Shown in pieces: positions 13,130 through 21,825 of a stretch of DNA of 64,000 bases; the first letter of the stretch is position 1; each line of letters starts with the position of its first letter. Under the pieces are notes generated by a model. That model was not told the origin of the DNA. It was given only the letters and a program-made list of their open reading frames with translations, and searched no databases. The position numbers and the translations under genes were made by a program. The DNA is from Candidatus Kerfeldbacteria bacterium (lineage in GTDB: Bacteria > Patescibacteriota > Patescibacteriia > UBA9570 > XYC2-FULL-38-9). The stretch is from NCBI GenBank assembly GCA_016182555.1, contig JACPGJ010000008.1, positions 532,753 through 596,752 of the forward strand, written 5' to 3'.

Positions 13130-13639
13130 TTAGCTGCCAGAAGCGTTACCAGAGAGACAATAGACTGCGGCATCACAATTCAATGTGGCGTCAACACCAT
13201 CATAAGTATCGGTTGAGGTCACAGACATCCAGCCTGCACCGCCTTGAGCTGCATCAATATCTTGTTCTAATGCTTTGTGGGCTGTATCTTCTAATGTGGC
13301 TCCAATAACATACTGATCCGTATTATTCGTCAAGTAAACATACGCATCACCATTTGAATCATTCGGATCAAGCGGCAGAATATCGTTCACATAGGTCTTC
13401 ATCTTGGTTTGTAATTCTACCCAAGTATCTGTACCATCGCTGAGTACAGGATAGATTGCTTTATCGTTATAGTACAATTCAAAAGCCGTTTGCAATGAAC
13501 GCATGTCCGATACACGTTTGGTATCTCGAGCGCGTTGCTGAGCAGAAGTGAGGGAAACAATAGCGAGTGTTGCTAATAAACCAATAATCGCGATAACGAT
13601 TAACAGTTCGATCAGCGTAAACCCTTTTTGGTTTTTCAT
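13130..13639 (-). CDS. pilA: major type IV pilin
   Basis: MKNQKG|FTLIELLIVIAIIGLLA prepilin motif; short (about 165 aa mature); C-terminal Cys pair forming a D-region; followed by a strong terminator. Confidence 0.85.
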   Translation of the reverse strand: MKNQKGFTLIELLIVIAIIGLLATLAIVSLTSAQQRARDTKRVSDMRSLQTAFELYYNDKAIYPVLSDGTDTWVELQTKMKTYVNDILPLDPNDSNGDAYVYLTNNTDQYVIGATLEDTAHKALEQDIDAAQGGAGWMSVTSTDTYDGVDATLNCDAAVYCLSGNASGS

Positions 13640-13673
13640 GGTTGTGCACATGGATTAATAATTTATTATCTTT

Positions 13674-13702
13674 ATATTAACATATTTTTAAGCGCGAGGC
13701 AA
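13674..13702 (-). promoter_or_regulatory. candidate sigma-70-type promoter for pilA
   Basis: Minus strand reads TTGCCT, a 17-nt spacer, then TAATAT, about 35 nt upstream of the pilA ATG. Confidence 0.35.
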
Positions 13703-13736
13703 GGAGAAAGTCGATCAGTTGTCCCCACACCCCAAA

Positions 13737-14969
13737 CTAAAATTGAGCAGTAATCGCGTAAATAGGCATCAAAATACCTAATACCAACACCAAAATACCC
13801 GCTCCTAAGAGAATAATAATCACTGGTTCAATTAAACTCACCAATGCACCGGTTAAACTATTCACCTCTCCCGTATAAAAATCAGCGACTTTAGTAAGAA
13901 TTTGATCCAATCTTCCCGTTTCCTCGCCCACATTCATCATTTGCGTCATCATCGGTGGGATATATTTGCTTTTTCCTAAAGCGGACGAGAGCGAGTGACC
14001 GGCTTCCACATCTTTTCGGACTTGAAGCAAAATCTGTTTATAGGTAGCATTACCCACAATATCACTAATAATTTCAATAGAACGATTCACGGGCACACCG
14101 GCAGCAAGGAGATTGGCCATACTTCTGCTCATACGCGCCAAATAAATTTTGCGGAAAATATTTCCAATAACGGGAATATGCAACAACCCTCGATCTAAAA
14201 AATATTGCCCCTGTGGACGAGAGCGCAGCACGGTATACACGACGATCAAAATGACAACGAAAGATAACAGCACCCACCAATACTGCTGAAAGGCTGTACT
14301 GACGGTAATCAATGCACGCGTAGCCCAAGGTAATTGCGCACCGGAGGAAGCCACCACATCCAATAATTTCGGTAGCACATAAATCATCATAAAAATAAAA
14401 ATTCCTACCAACACAACAACAATAAACGCTGGATAGATCAACGCACTAATCATACGAGATACCAATGCGTAATCTTTTTCTTTTTGATCAGCCAAATACG
14501 TCAGTACATCATCTAATTGCCCAGTGGTTTCTCCGGCGCGAATCATATACACAAAAAAATCATCGAAAATATGGCTATGCCGATGCAACGATGAAGATAG
14601 GCGCGCCCCTCCGTCTACTTCATTGGCAACATCGGTGATTACTCGGCGCAGTACCGGCGACTCTGTTTGCTTAGCAAGAATTCGCAACGCACGAACAATC
14701 GGCACCGTGGCGGAAATAAGCACCGCCAGCTGCCGAGAAAAAACCACCACATCTTTTGTTTTTACACGTTCGGTCAACCGTTTCCAATTAAATCCAATAC
14801 GCCGCGTCCCTTGTTCTTGTAAAAAAATAACGATCAAATTTTTTTCACGCAGCATTTCTTGGGCCACGGTGAGCGATGGAGCATCAAGCTCCCCTTCTAT
14901 CGAACGTCCAGCCTGGTCTTTTGCTTGATAGGTAAATTGTGGCATAGAAGAACAGTGACGAATAATCAA
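13737..14969 (-). CDS. pilC: type IV pilus platform protein (GspF family)
   Basis: Two GspF-type repeats with three TM segments; alternative start at 14945 (MPQFTYQ...). Confidence 0.9.
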   Translation of the reverse strand: MIIRHCSSMPQFTYQAKDQAGRSIEGELDAPSLTVAQEMLREKNLIVIFLQEQGTRRIGFNWKRLTERVKTKDVVVFSRQLAVLISATVPIVRALRILAKQTESPVLRRVITDVANEVDGGARLSSSLHRHSHIFDDFFVYMIRAGETTGQLDDVLTYLADQKEKDYALVSRMISALIYPAFIVVVLVGIFIFMMIYVLPKLLDVVASSGAQLPWATRALITVSTAFQQYWWVLLSFVVILIVVYTVLRSRPQGQYFLDRGLLHIPVIGNIFRKIYLARMSRSMANLLAAGVPVNRSIEIISDIVGNATYKQILLQVRKDVEAGHSLSSALGKSKYIPPMMTQMMNVGEETGRLDQILTKVADFYTGEVNSLTGALVSLIEPVIIILLGAGILVLVLGILMPIYAITAQF

Positions 14970-16073
14970 TTAGCGAAAAAGCGCCGGGTTTTGTGCAAAA
15001 TGCATAGCCACATCACGACTCACAATTCCCCGAGAAACGGCCTCTGCGAGGGCAATATCCAAACTACGTATTCCTGGCTCACGAGAAGTATAGAGAATAT
15101 TGTTCAATTGCAACAGGTCACCTTTTTGAATAATAGTGCGAATCGATTCGTTTGGTATCATCACCTCGGCAATCATGGCTCGATCTCCACTGACGGTATT
15201 CACGCGACGCTGATTAATAACCCCAACGAGTGTATGGGCAAGCATCATGCGTATTTGCTGTTGTTCGATATCTGTAAACCGATAAATAATATCACTCAAT
15301 ACGCCCACAATAGCACTGGCAATGGCGGGAACAAATACGGTCTTCCCTGCAGCTGCCAAAGAGAGAGCAGCGGTATACGCTTGCGGTGAATCTAAGGCCG
15401 AGAGCATAACCACATCGACATCTTCTTGCGCAACAAATTGTAATGCAGATTCCACACTTGCCACATCTTTGCCCACTTCACGTTGTTCAATGACGCAGCG
15501 CTGATCGTTAAAGAGAAATTCTACGGGCTGTTCAATAGTGACGATATGCTTGGCCGCGGTTTGATTCAAATAATCCACAAAACTGGCTAGGGTTGTTGAT
15601 TGTTCAGCATTCGCTGTGCCAATAACCAATACCAACCCGGCAGAGACGGTCGCTAACTGTTGTGCAGCAGCCGGCAATCCCAAAGCATTCAATGGTGGTG
15701 GGGCTAGTGGAATAAGCGTGAGCGCAGCGGAGAGATGCCCTTGCTGGTAAAACACCGCAATTTTAAATCGTTTTTTATTTTCTAATGATTTAGCTACAGT
15801 GATTTGTTTCTCGCGCTGCAAACGTTCTTGCTCTGCTGGGTCTAACCAAGAGATCACGACTTCCTGTACAAAACTGGGCGTTAACACATTTTGCTCTGGC
15901 AATGCGACCAACTGTTCGTTCACCCGAATCATCGGTGGGTTGCCCACAGACAAATGCAATACCGTAGCATGATAGGTTTCAGCCAGAGACAATATTTTCT
16001 GTATCGTAAATTGGTCAGCAGTATTCATATCTGTTGCATCATTATTCTGCGCCCACGGTCCAAACTTCTTCAA
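14970..16073 (-). CDS. PilT-like hexameric ATPase paralogue with degenerate catalytic motifs (predicted pseudo-ATPase)
   Basis: Overall PilT-like fold (HLSVGNPPMIRV; ...STTL...IVTIEQPVEF...). Four motifs substituted relative to canonical PilT-family ATPases: Walker A GPTGSGKST becomes GTANAEQST, Asp-box D becomes Q, Walker B GE becomes SA, His-box H becomes K. The neighbouring PilB retains all of them. Confidence 0.8.
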   Translation of the reverse strand: MKKFGPWAQNNDATDMNTADQFTIQKILSLAETYHATVLHLSVGNPPMIRVNEQLVALPEQNVLTPSFVQEVVISWLDPAEQERLQREKQITVAKSLENKKRFKIAVFYQQGHLSAALTLIPLAPPPLNALGLPAAAQQLATVSAGLVLVIGTANAEQSTTLASFVDYLNQTAAKHIVTIEQPVEFLFNDQRCVIEQREVGKDVASVESALQFVAQEDVDVVMLSALDSPQAYTAALSLAAAGKTVFVPAIASAIVGVLSDIIYRFTDIEQQQIRMMLAHTLVGVINQRRVNTVSGDRAMIAEVMIPNESIRTIIQKGDLLQLNNILYTSREPGIRSLDIALAEAVSRGIVSRDVAMHFAQNPALFR

Positions 16074-17790
16074 TAGATGTTAAGCCCCGCAATGCGGCCA
16101 ATAATCCATTTTGTTTAATCGTCACCATGCCTTGATGACGCAATTCTTCTTCCACCACTGCTGGCGTGTGAATATCACCGGCAGCAATAATAGCCCGTAA
16201 CCGATCAGTCACTTCTACCGTCTCCGCCACGGCTAAACGGCCTTTGTACCCTGTATCTTCGCAGTGCTGACACCCTTTTCCTTTAAATACCTTCAACGGC
16301 GGTTGTAAGACGATGCCTTTTGGAAGTGAAGATTTCGGTATACGTTCCAACTCAGCCAAAATTTGCGATTCTAATAATGGCGGAACAATTTCTGGTACCA
16401 AACACTCCATGCAATTGCGCCGAACCAGGCGTTGAGCGATCACCAGGTTCAATGCGGAAGAGATTAAAAATGGTTCAATACCCATATCAATTAAACGCGG
16501 GATTGCACCAATCGCATCATTGGTATGTAATGTGCTCAACAACATATGTCCAGTGAGCGCTGCATGAATCGCCAATTCAGCCGTTTCATTATCGCGAATT
16601 TCTCCTACCATAATAATATCTGGATCTTGGCGCAAAATAGAGCGTAATCCACGTACAAAGGTCAACCCAATTTCTGGCCGTACTTGTGACTGTGCAATCC
16701 CGGTCATGTGGTATTCGACCGGATCTTCTAGCGTAATAATATTGCGTTCTTCGTTATTGAGAATTTGCAACATCGAATAGAGTGTGGTGGATTTACCAGA
16801 ACCCGTGGGACCAGTCATGAGAATCATGCCATGCGGACGTTGGAGGTGTTCATGAATGACACTCAAGTTGCGGTCAGCGAACCCGAGGTCTTCTAAGGTC
16901 TGCAATCCAGATTCTTGATCTAAAATACGCAACACCACTTTTTCATGGTCAATCAACGGCATGGTAGACACACGAAAATCGATCTGCCGCCCATCAATTT
17001 TCATACGAAAACGGCCATCTTGTGGCAGGCGTGTTTCATCTAATTTTAAATTGGCTAACACTTTAATACGTGCCACTAAGGAATTGTGCACATTTTTTGG
17101 TAACTGCAATGACGTGTGCAAAATACCATCCACACGATATCGCACACGCGTGCCATCATCGTGGGGTTCAATATGCACGTCTGATGCGCTGCCTTCCACG
17201 GCGTAACGTAAAATAACCGCCACCATTTTTGAAACCGGTGCATTTTTTACCGATGGATCGGCGTCTGCTAATTCTTCTGCTTCATCTTGCAATACATCAA
17301 CAAGATCTGTGTTTTGTTCCTTTAACGCTTGCGCCACCTCTTTGGTTAAATTTGCATACTGATGCAGCACCGCACGGAAACTTGATTCAGAAGTCAAAAA
17401 ATATTTAATTTGAAGATGATCTTTGCGTGCAATAAAATCAAGCGCTTCAATCGCTTTATAATCTTGCGGGTCCACCATGGCCACAGATAACTCACTTCCG
17501 TTTCTGGCCCACGGCACGACACGATAATTCTCCGCAATATCTGGCGTGAACGCATTCAATATTTCGCTGGGAATATCTTGGTCCAGTAATGAAATATAGG
17601 GTACACGCAACACCATCGCTTTCACTTGCGTAAGCTCCTCTTCATTCACGATATGTTCTTGCACCAATACCGTTAACAAATCAACGCCAGTACGTTGAGA
17701 TTCTATTTGCGCTTGTGTAAGCTGTGCAGGAGTAATGAGTTGGCGCGCCTGCAATTGCTGAACAATGGTCATGATATCTGCAAGTTTCAT
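16042..17790 (-). CDS. pilB: type IV pilus assembly ATPase (GspE family)
   Basis: 582 aa with an N-terminal GspII/MshEN-like domain, intact Walker A GPTGSGKST, Asp box, Walker B DIIMVGEIRD, His box and a tetracysteine CxxC...CxxC motif. Confidence 0.92.
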   Translation of the reverse strand: MKLADIMTIVQQLQARQLITPAQLTQAQIESQRTGVDLLTVLVQEHIVNEEELTQVKAMVLRVPYISLLDQDIPSEILNAFTPDIAENYRVVPWARNGSELSVAMVDPQDYKAIEALDFIARKDHLQIKYFLTSESSFRAVLHQYANLTKEVAQALKEQNTDLVDVLQDEAEELADADPSVKNAPVSKMVAVILRYAVEGSASDVHIEPHDDGTRVRYRVDGILHTSLQLPKNVHNSLVARIKVLANLKLDETRLPQDGRFRMKIDGRQIDFRVSTMPLIDHEKVVLRILDQESGLQTLEDLGFADRNLSVIHEHLQRPHGMILMTGPTGSGKSTTLYSMLQILNNEERNIITLEDPVEYHMTGIAQSQVRPEIGLTFVRGLRSILRQDPDIIMVGEIRDNETAELAIHAALTGHMLLSTLHTNDAIGAIPRLIDMGIEPFLISSALNLVIAQRLVRRNCMECLVPEIVPPLLESQILAELERIPKSSLPKGIVLQPPLKVFKGKGCQHCEDTGYKGRLAVAETVEVTDRLRAIIAAGDIHTPAVVEEELRHQGMVTIKQNGLLAALRGLTSIEEVWTVGAE

Positions 17791-18710
17791 GGTGTCGTGT
17801 TCGTTACCGGTAACAATACAGGGATTGGCGTAAATGGTTCTGTATTGCCAGGAATAGGCATAGAAAACGCATCACTCGATGGATTACCAGAAGCATCCAC
17901 TGCAACCAACGTATAATAATAATGCGCATTTGGTACAGCAGAGGTGTCTGTGAATGCTGGTATCTCACTCTGTTTGACCGTAGCAATTTGTTCACCACGA
18001 ATACCATACGTAGTTGAACGGAAAATATTCAGATGATCAAAATCAACAACCGTCGGATTCACCCATTGTATATGAACACCATATTGATTATCGCTCTGTG
18101 TCGATGTAATGATAATGTCCGTGGGAGCCAATGGTGGAATGGTATCCGCCGGTATAACACTAACGGTTGGCGCTGTATCACTGGTGTACTCTATTTCGTT
18201 AAACGTATTCACTGAAACAACACGATACGTGTAGGTCTGAGCGTTATCCAGCCCGGTATCCAGAAATGATTCTTCGATAATATGTGTCGCAACTAACTCA
18301 TCGGCGGTCGGTATATTTGCATGAGTTGTACTGCGGTAAATGTTGACGGACTCAACACCATCTGGGCGGGTCCAAAACAACACGGCTTCTCCTCCAATGC
18401 GGGTATTGAACGCCGTGAGGTGTGTAACCGGCGCAGGATGCTGTGAGTGTAAAAATGTTGCTTCTACTTGAGGCTGGGTCTGTGGCACAGCATGCACATC
18501 TAATGCCAACACTTGTTCATGTAACAATGTGTCTGTTGGAAAATCACTCACCACTCGACCAGTTGTTGTATCTTCACTGGTGATTAACCCAAATGCTGAT
18601 TGATTATATCGAGTGGTATAGATCGCCAGACCAGCTAATACCAAAATGAGAGAGATCAATGTCCATTCTTTTGCGGTGAACGATGGTAGCCAATGACGTT
18701 TGTGGTTCAT
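17787..18710 (-). CDS. membrane-anchored protein with two fibronectin type III-like domains (pilus-locus component)
   Basis: N-terminal TM helix; two FN3-like signatures (YTYRVVSVN, YYYTLVAVDASGNPS); stop overlaps the pilB start. Confidence 0.6.
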   Translation of the reverse strand: MNHKRHWLPSFTAKEWTLISLILVLAGLAIYTTRYNQSAFGLITSEDTTTGRVVSDFPTDTLLHEQVLALDVHAVPQTQPQVEATFLHSQHPAPVTHLTAFNTRIGGEAVLFWTRPDGVESVNIYRSTTHANIPTADELVATHIIEESFLDTGLDNAQTYTYRVVSVNTFNEIEYTSDTAPTVSVIPADTIPPLAPTDIIITSTQSDNQYGVHIQWVNPTVVDFDHLNIFRSTTYGIRGEQIATVKQSEIPAFTDTSAVPNAHYYYTLVAVDASGNPSSDAFSMPIPGNTEPFTPIPVLLPVTNTTP

Positions 18711-19396
18711 AAAGATGAAGGCGTGGAAGGTGATTTTCGATAATACGTTTCTAACTGTACAGCAAAACTACTGGAGGACGGTGAATAACTCAGGTTGCGT
18801 AGATCAAGCAAGGGAGTAGATGATTGTAACAGATTCAAAAAATCTTTTAGTGCATCGTATGAACCAGTCGCGCTCTCAATATTCAAGGTAATTACCGCTC
18901 GACCAATGCTTGTTGGAAGAGTGGTAATCGCTGCGGCATCGGTATTCCCAGATGTATTTGCGTTTGCATTCGTTGCGCTACTAGCCGACTCCACCACATC
19001 AACGCTCAGCACGTGCATAGAAGCCGCGTCTGCTAACCGTTGCAAATGAGCCATTGTTGCGGTTGCATCTATCCCTTCTGGTAACACCACATTCATTTGT
19101 TGTAGGCGCTCCGTATCTACCGCTGCATACGCATCATTCATCTGTTTCAATTGATCCAAATATTGTTGGCGTTGATTCCGTTCTTCCATTGCTGCTTGTT
19201 GCCCAATGAAACCACGTTCTTGCAAATGTTCATACTGTTGCCGCAAAAATGTGAACCAACCAATGGCACACAACAGGAGTATTTCCATGCATACTAACAA
19301 GCGATAGTGACGATGAATAAATGGATAGCGCACAACAATTTTTGAATTATTCTCCGGCATAGGCAGTTGGGGTTGATTGAAATAATGATGGCGCAA
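18707..19396 (-). CDS. pilO: PilO-like inner-membrane pilus alignment protein
   Basis: Single TM, then a coiled-coil segment and a C-terminal globular region; located between pilN and pilB. Confidence 0.55.
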   Translation of the reverse strand: MRHHYFNQPQLPMPENNSKIVVRYPFIHRHYRLLVCMEILLLCAIGWFTFLRQQYEHLQERGFIGQQAAMEERNQRQQYLDQLKQMNDAYAAVDTERLQQMNVVLPEGIDATATMAHLQRLADAASMHVLSVDVVESASSATNANANTSGNTDAAAITTLPTSIGRAVITLNIESATGSYDALKDFLNLLQSSTPLLDLRNLSYSPSSSSFAVQLETYYRKSPSTPSSL

Positions 19397-20501
19397 ACTG
19401 AACAGTCATGCTAGAACGCACATTCTGCTGCTTGTGCTGCGTGTCATCGGATGTTGTATCTGCTTTTGTGGCTGTTGTGCCTTCGCCGGCGTCTGTTGCT
19501 GAAGTGACTTCTACTTCTTCGACCATAGGAGAATGACGAAATACATTGACTTGCGCTTCTAACTGTTCATAATCTGGAGCGATGACATCAAAAACAAAAC
19601 GACCAGACGTCGCAGAACCGGAGAGCGATTCATAATAAATGGTAGGAAAAGTCAGCTCTTCTACAGTTGAAAAAAATGGCGTCCAATACACATGCGCATC
19701 GAGCACCGTTGCTAAATCTTCTAGCTGTGAATGCAGTGTTCGTGCACTATTAGCTACTGGAATGAACCCCGCAATTTGATTGTTTATATGATCAATATCT
19801 TGATGAATTTGCAGCGTATTTGTAAGTACACGATGTTCGTAAATGTTTAACCCAGCAACAGTAGAAAGCATCAGGCCAATAACCACAATCGCTATATAAA
19901 GAAAATCGTGCATACTATGCGCGCCGTTGCCGTTAGATGAACCGTGTGTGTCATGTGGGATAAGATTAACTCCAAAATTGATAATACGGTCAACTGGAAA
20001 TTGCTGTTTTGCGTGACGATTTTTTCTTTGCCGTTTCGCATGAGGGCCCTGCTGCGCTGGCATTTCCTGCGGTAAAGGATGTGGCGCCGCCTTCGGTATC
20101 TCGGGCAATGGCGGCAAGGATGATGGAGTAGCCAGTGCCGCATGGAGTAAATCTGTTTCTGCTTCTTCTTTCCTGTGCTTTGGCGCAAGGTGAACCATAG
20201 CTGGTACGGGCGAAGACACAGCTGGGGTGGGTTTAATTGCAGCGGATAACGACGGAAGAGCGACAGGTCGTTGTTGGGGTTGAAGTTGGGGTTGTGCTGG
20301 TGTGTTGGGGTGTTTCTTCCTTCTCCACAACAAAAATGACCGTTTTTCGCTTGGTGCGTTCAACGGATGAACAGGAGAAGATATTGGCGCATTCATTTTC
20401 TCGCCGCTGGTATACTCAATAGCACCTCGATCACCACTGGTTGAATGAGGATGTGTTTTTCCCTTTCTGGAACCAGAAGAAAGAAAATCGATATCTCCCA
20501 T
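19347..20501 (-). CDS. pilN: PilN-like protein with a long Pro/Gln-rich N-terminal extension
   Basis: Conserved PilM-binding-like INLIP motif immediately before the single TM (FLYIAIVVIGLMLSTVAGL), preceded by about 190 aa of low-complexity P/Q-rich sequence. Confidence 0.6.
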   Translation of the reverse strand: MGDIDFLSSGSRKGKTHPHSTSGDRGAIEYTSGEKMNAPISSPVHPLNAPSEKRSFLLWRRKKHPNTPAQPQLQPQQRPVALPSLSAAIKPTPAVSSPVPAMVHLAPKHRKEEAETDLLHAALATPSSLPPLPEIPKAAPHPLPQEMPAQQGPHAKRQRKNRHAKQQFPVDRIINFGVNLIPHDTHGSSNGNGAHSMHDFLYIAIVVIGLMLSTVAGLNIYEHRVLTNTLQIHQDIDHINNQIAGFIPVANSARTLHSQLEDLATVLDAHVYWTPFFSTVEELTFPTIYYESLSGSATSGRFVFDVIAPDYEQLEAQVNVFRHSPMVEEVEVTSATDAGEGTTATKADTTSDDTQHKQQNVRSSMTVQFAPSLFQSTPTAYAGE

Positions 20502-20503
20502 AG

Positions 20504-21745
20504 TTAACTAATTTCTCGCATTGCAAGACCAGTGGCAACCGCGAGTCGAGGTCCAATTGTTTGTAAAATCGGTTTCAAATCGACAGGGTACATTACACGC
20601 GCCCAAGGATCACCAATATATACTTTCATATTCAATACTTGGTGGAGATATTGGGTAATATTCGGCAACCACGCAGACCCACCAGCGAGAATAATCTTTT
20701 CAATTCCCAAGTTGCCTTGGTTTTGATACAGATTCAAGACATATTTAATCTCATTGATGATGGACGCGACCATAAATTCAATCCGTTTCGGTATTTGACC
20801 ACCACTACCAGAGTCTGCCGCTTGCTGTGCAAGGCCAAAATCGCGTTTGAATTGTTCAGCGCGCTCCATATCAATGTTTAAACTATTCGCAATTGCTTTG
20901 GTAATGGTACGACCACCAATATCAATGCTGCGGTTAATTAACGGAACAGAATCAACAACAACGCTAATCGTTGTCGCAACGGCACCGATATCAATAATCA
21001 TAATTGGCGACTTATCGTTGCCAATAAGCGAACGTTCCAACGCAAAACTTTCTGTTTCCAAGCTTACTAAATTCAGTTTCGCTTCTTTAAAAATTTCGAC
21101 ATAGCGCGTAACCAAATTTTTGGGTGCAGCCGTGAGTAAAATCTTCAAAAATTTCTTTTTCTCTTTAGACGTAATAGTGGCGGGTTGTTGTGCTCCAGCG
21201 CCGCCAGACAGAGTATTCGGGTAAGCTTGCGGCATTCCTGGTTGTTGCACTGGCATACCAGGCATTTGGTTCATGCCGGCCATCGGTTGGCCTGGCGTCA
21301 TGTTGGTTGCTGGGCTTATTCCAACGCTCGGATTTGCAGAAAACTGAGTAGAAATATCGCTATCAGCAAGAATTTTCCAATCCAGAATCATTTCTTCTAA
21401 TGGCATCGGTACAAACTTTTTGGCTTCCCATTGCACCGCTGCAGTAAGCTCTTTTTTGGACATCTCCGGCAGGTGAATGATGGAGGTAAATACCGTATAA
21501 CTCGGAAGCGCAGCAATCGCATTTGTGGATGTCGTTCGTGCAGCTTCTCGTACACGCTGCAAAGCGGAGATAATTGCTTCACGCGTTTCTTTACTATCGG
21601 ATGTGAGAATTTTATTTTCTTGCTCTAGGTAACCGTACGTTAATAACTTTGGGCGACCTTTATCATTTTGTAATTCCACCACTTTCAGGGCTGAATTAGC
21701 AATATCAACACCTAAGTAACTTTCATTTGATCCAAACAATGACAT
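20504..21745 (-). CDS. pilM: actin-like ATPase-fold pilus protein
   Basis: PilM/FtsA-like N-terminus (LGVDIANSALKVVEL) with an inserted Met/Pro/Gln/Gly-rich linker. Confidence 0.85.
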   Translation of the reverse strand: MSLFGSNESYLGVDIANSALKVVELQNDKGRPKLLTYGYLEQENKILTSDSKETREAIISALQRVREAARTTSTNAIAALPSYTVFTSIIHLPEMSKKELTAAVQWEAKKFVPMPLEEMILDWKILADSDISTQFSANPSVGISPATNMTPGQPMAGMNQMPGMPVQQPGMPQAYPNTLSGGAGAQQPATITSKEKKKFLKILLTAAPKNLVTRYVEIFKEAKLNLVSLETESFALERSLIGNDKSPIMIIDIGAVATTISVVVDSVPLINRSIDIGGRTITKAIANSLNIDMERAEQFKRDFGLAQQAADSGSGGQIPKRIEFMVASIINEIKYVLNLYQNQGNLGIEKIILAGGSAWLPNITQYLHQVLNMKVYIGDPWARVMYPVDLKPILQTIGPRLAVATGLAMREIS

Positions 21746-21825
21746 ACAATAATGAAAAGTGATGAGTAAATTATTCTTCTGTTATATTATAACATCTTTT
21801 GAATACCAGAGCAAGAATTATTGCC

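Noticed and set aside
12272-13308. Plus-strand ORFs (65, 133 and 163 aa) across pilD.
   Set aside because: They are antisense to the prepilin peptidase gene. Their His/Arg/Gln-rich composition is typical of reverse-frame translation of a membrane-protein gene.
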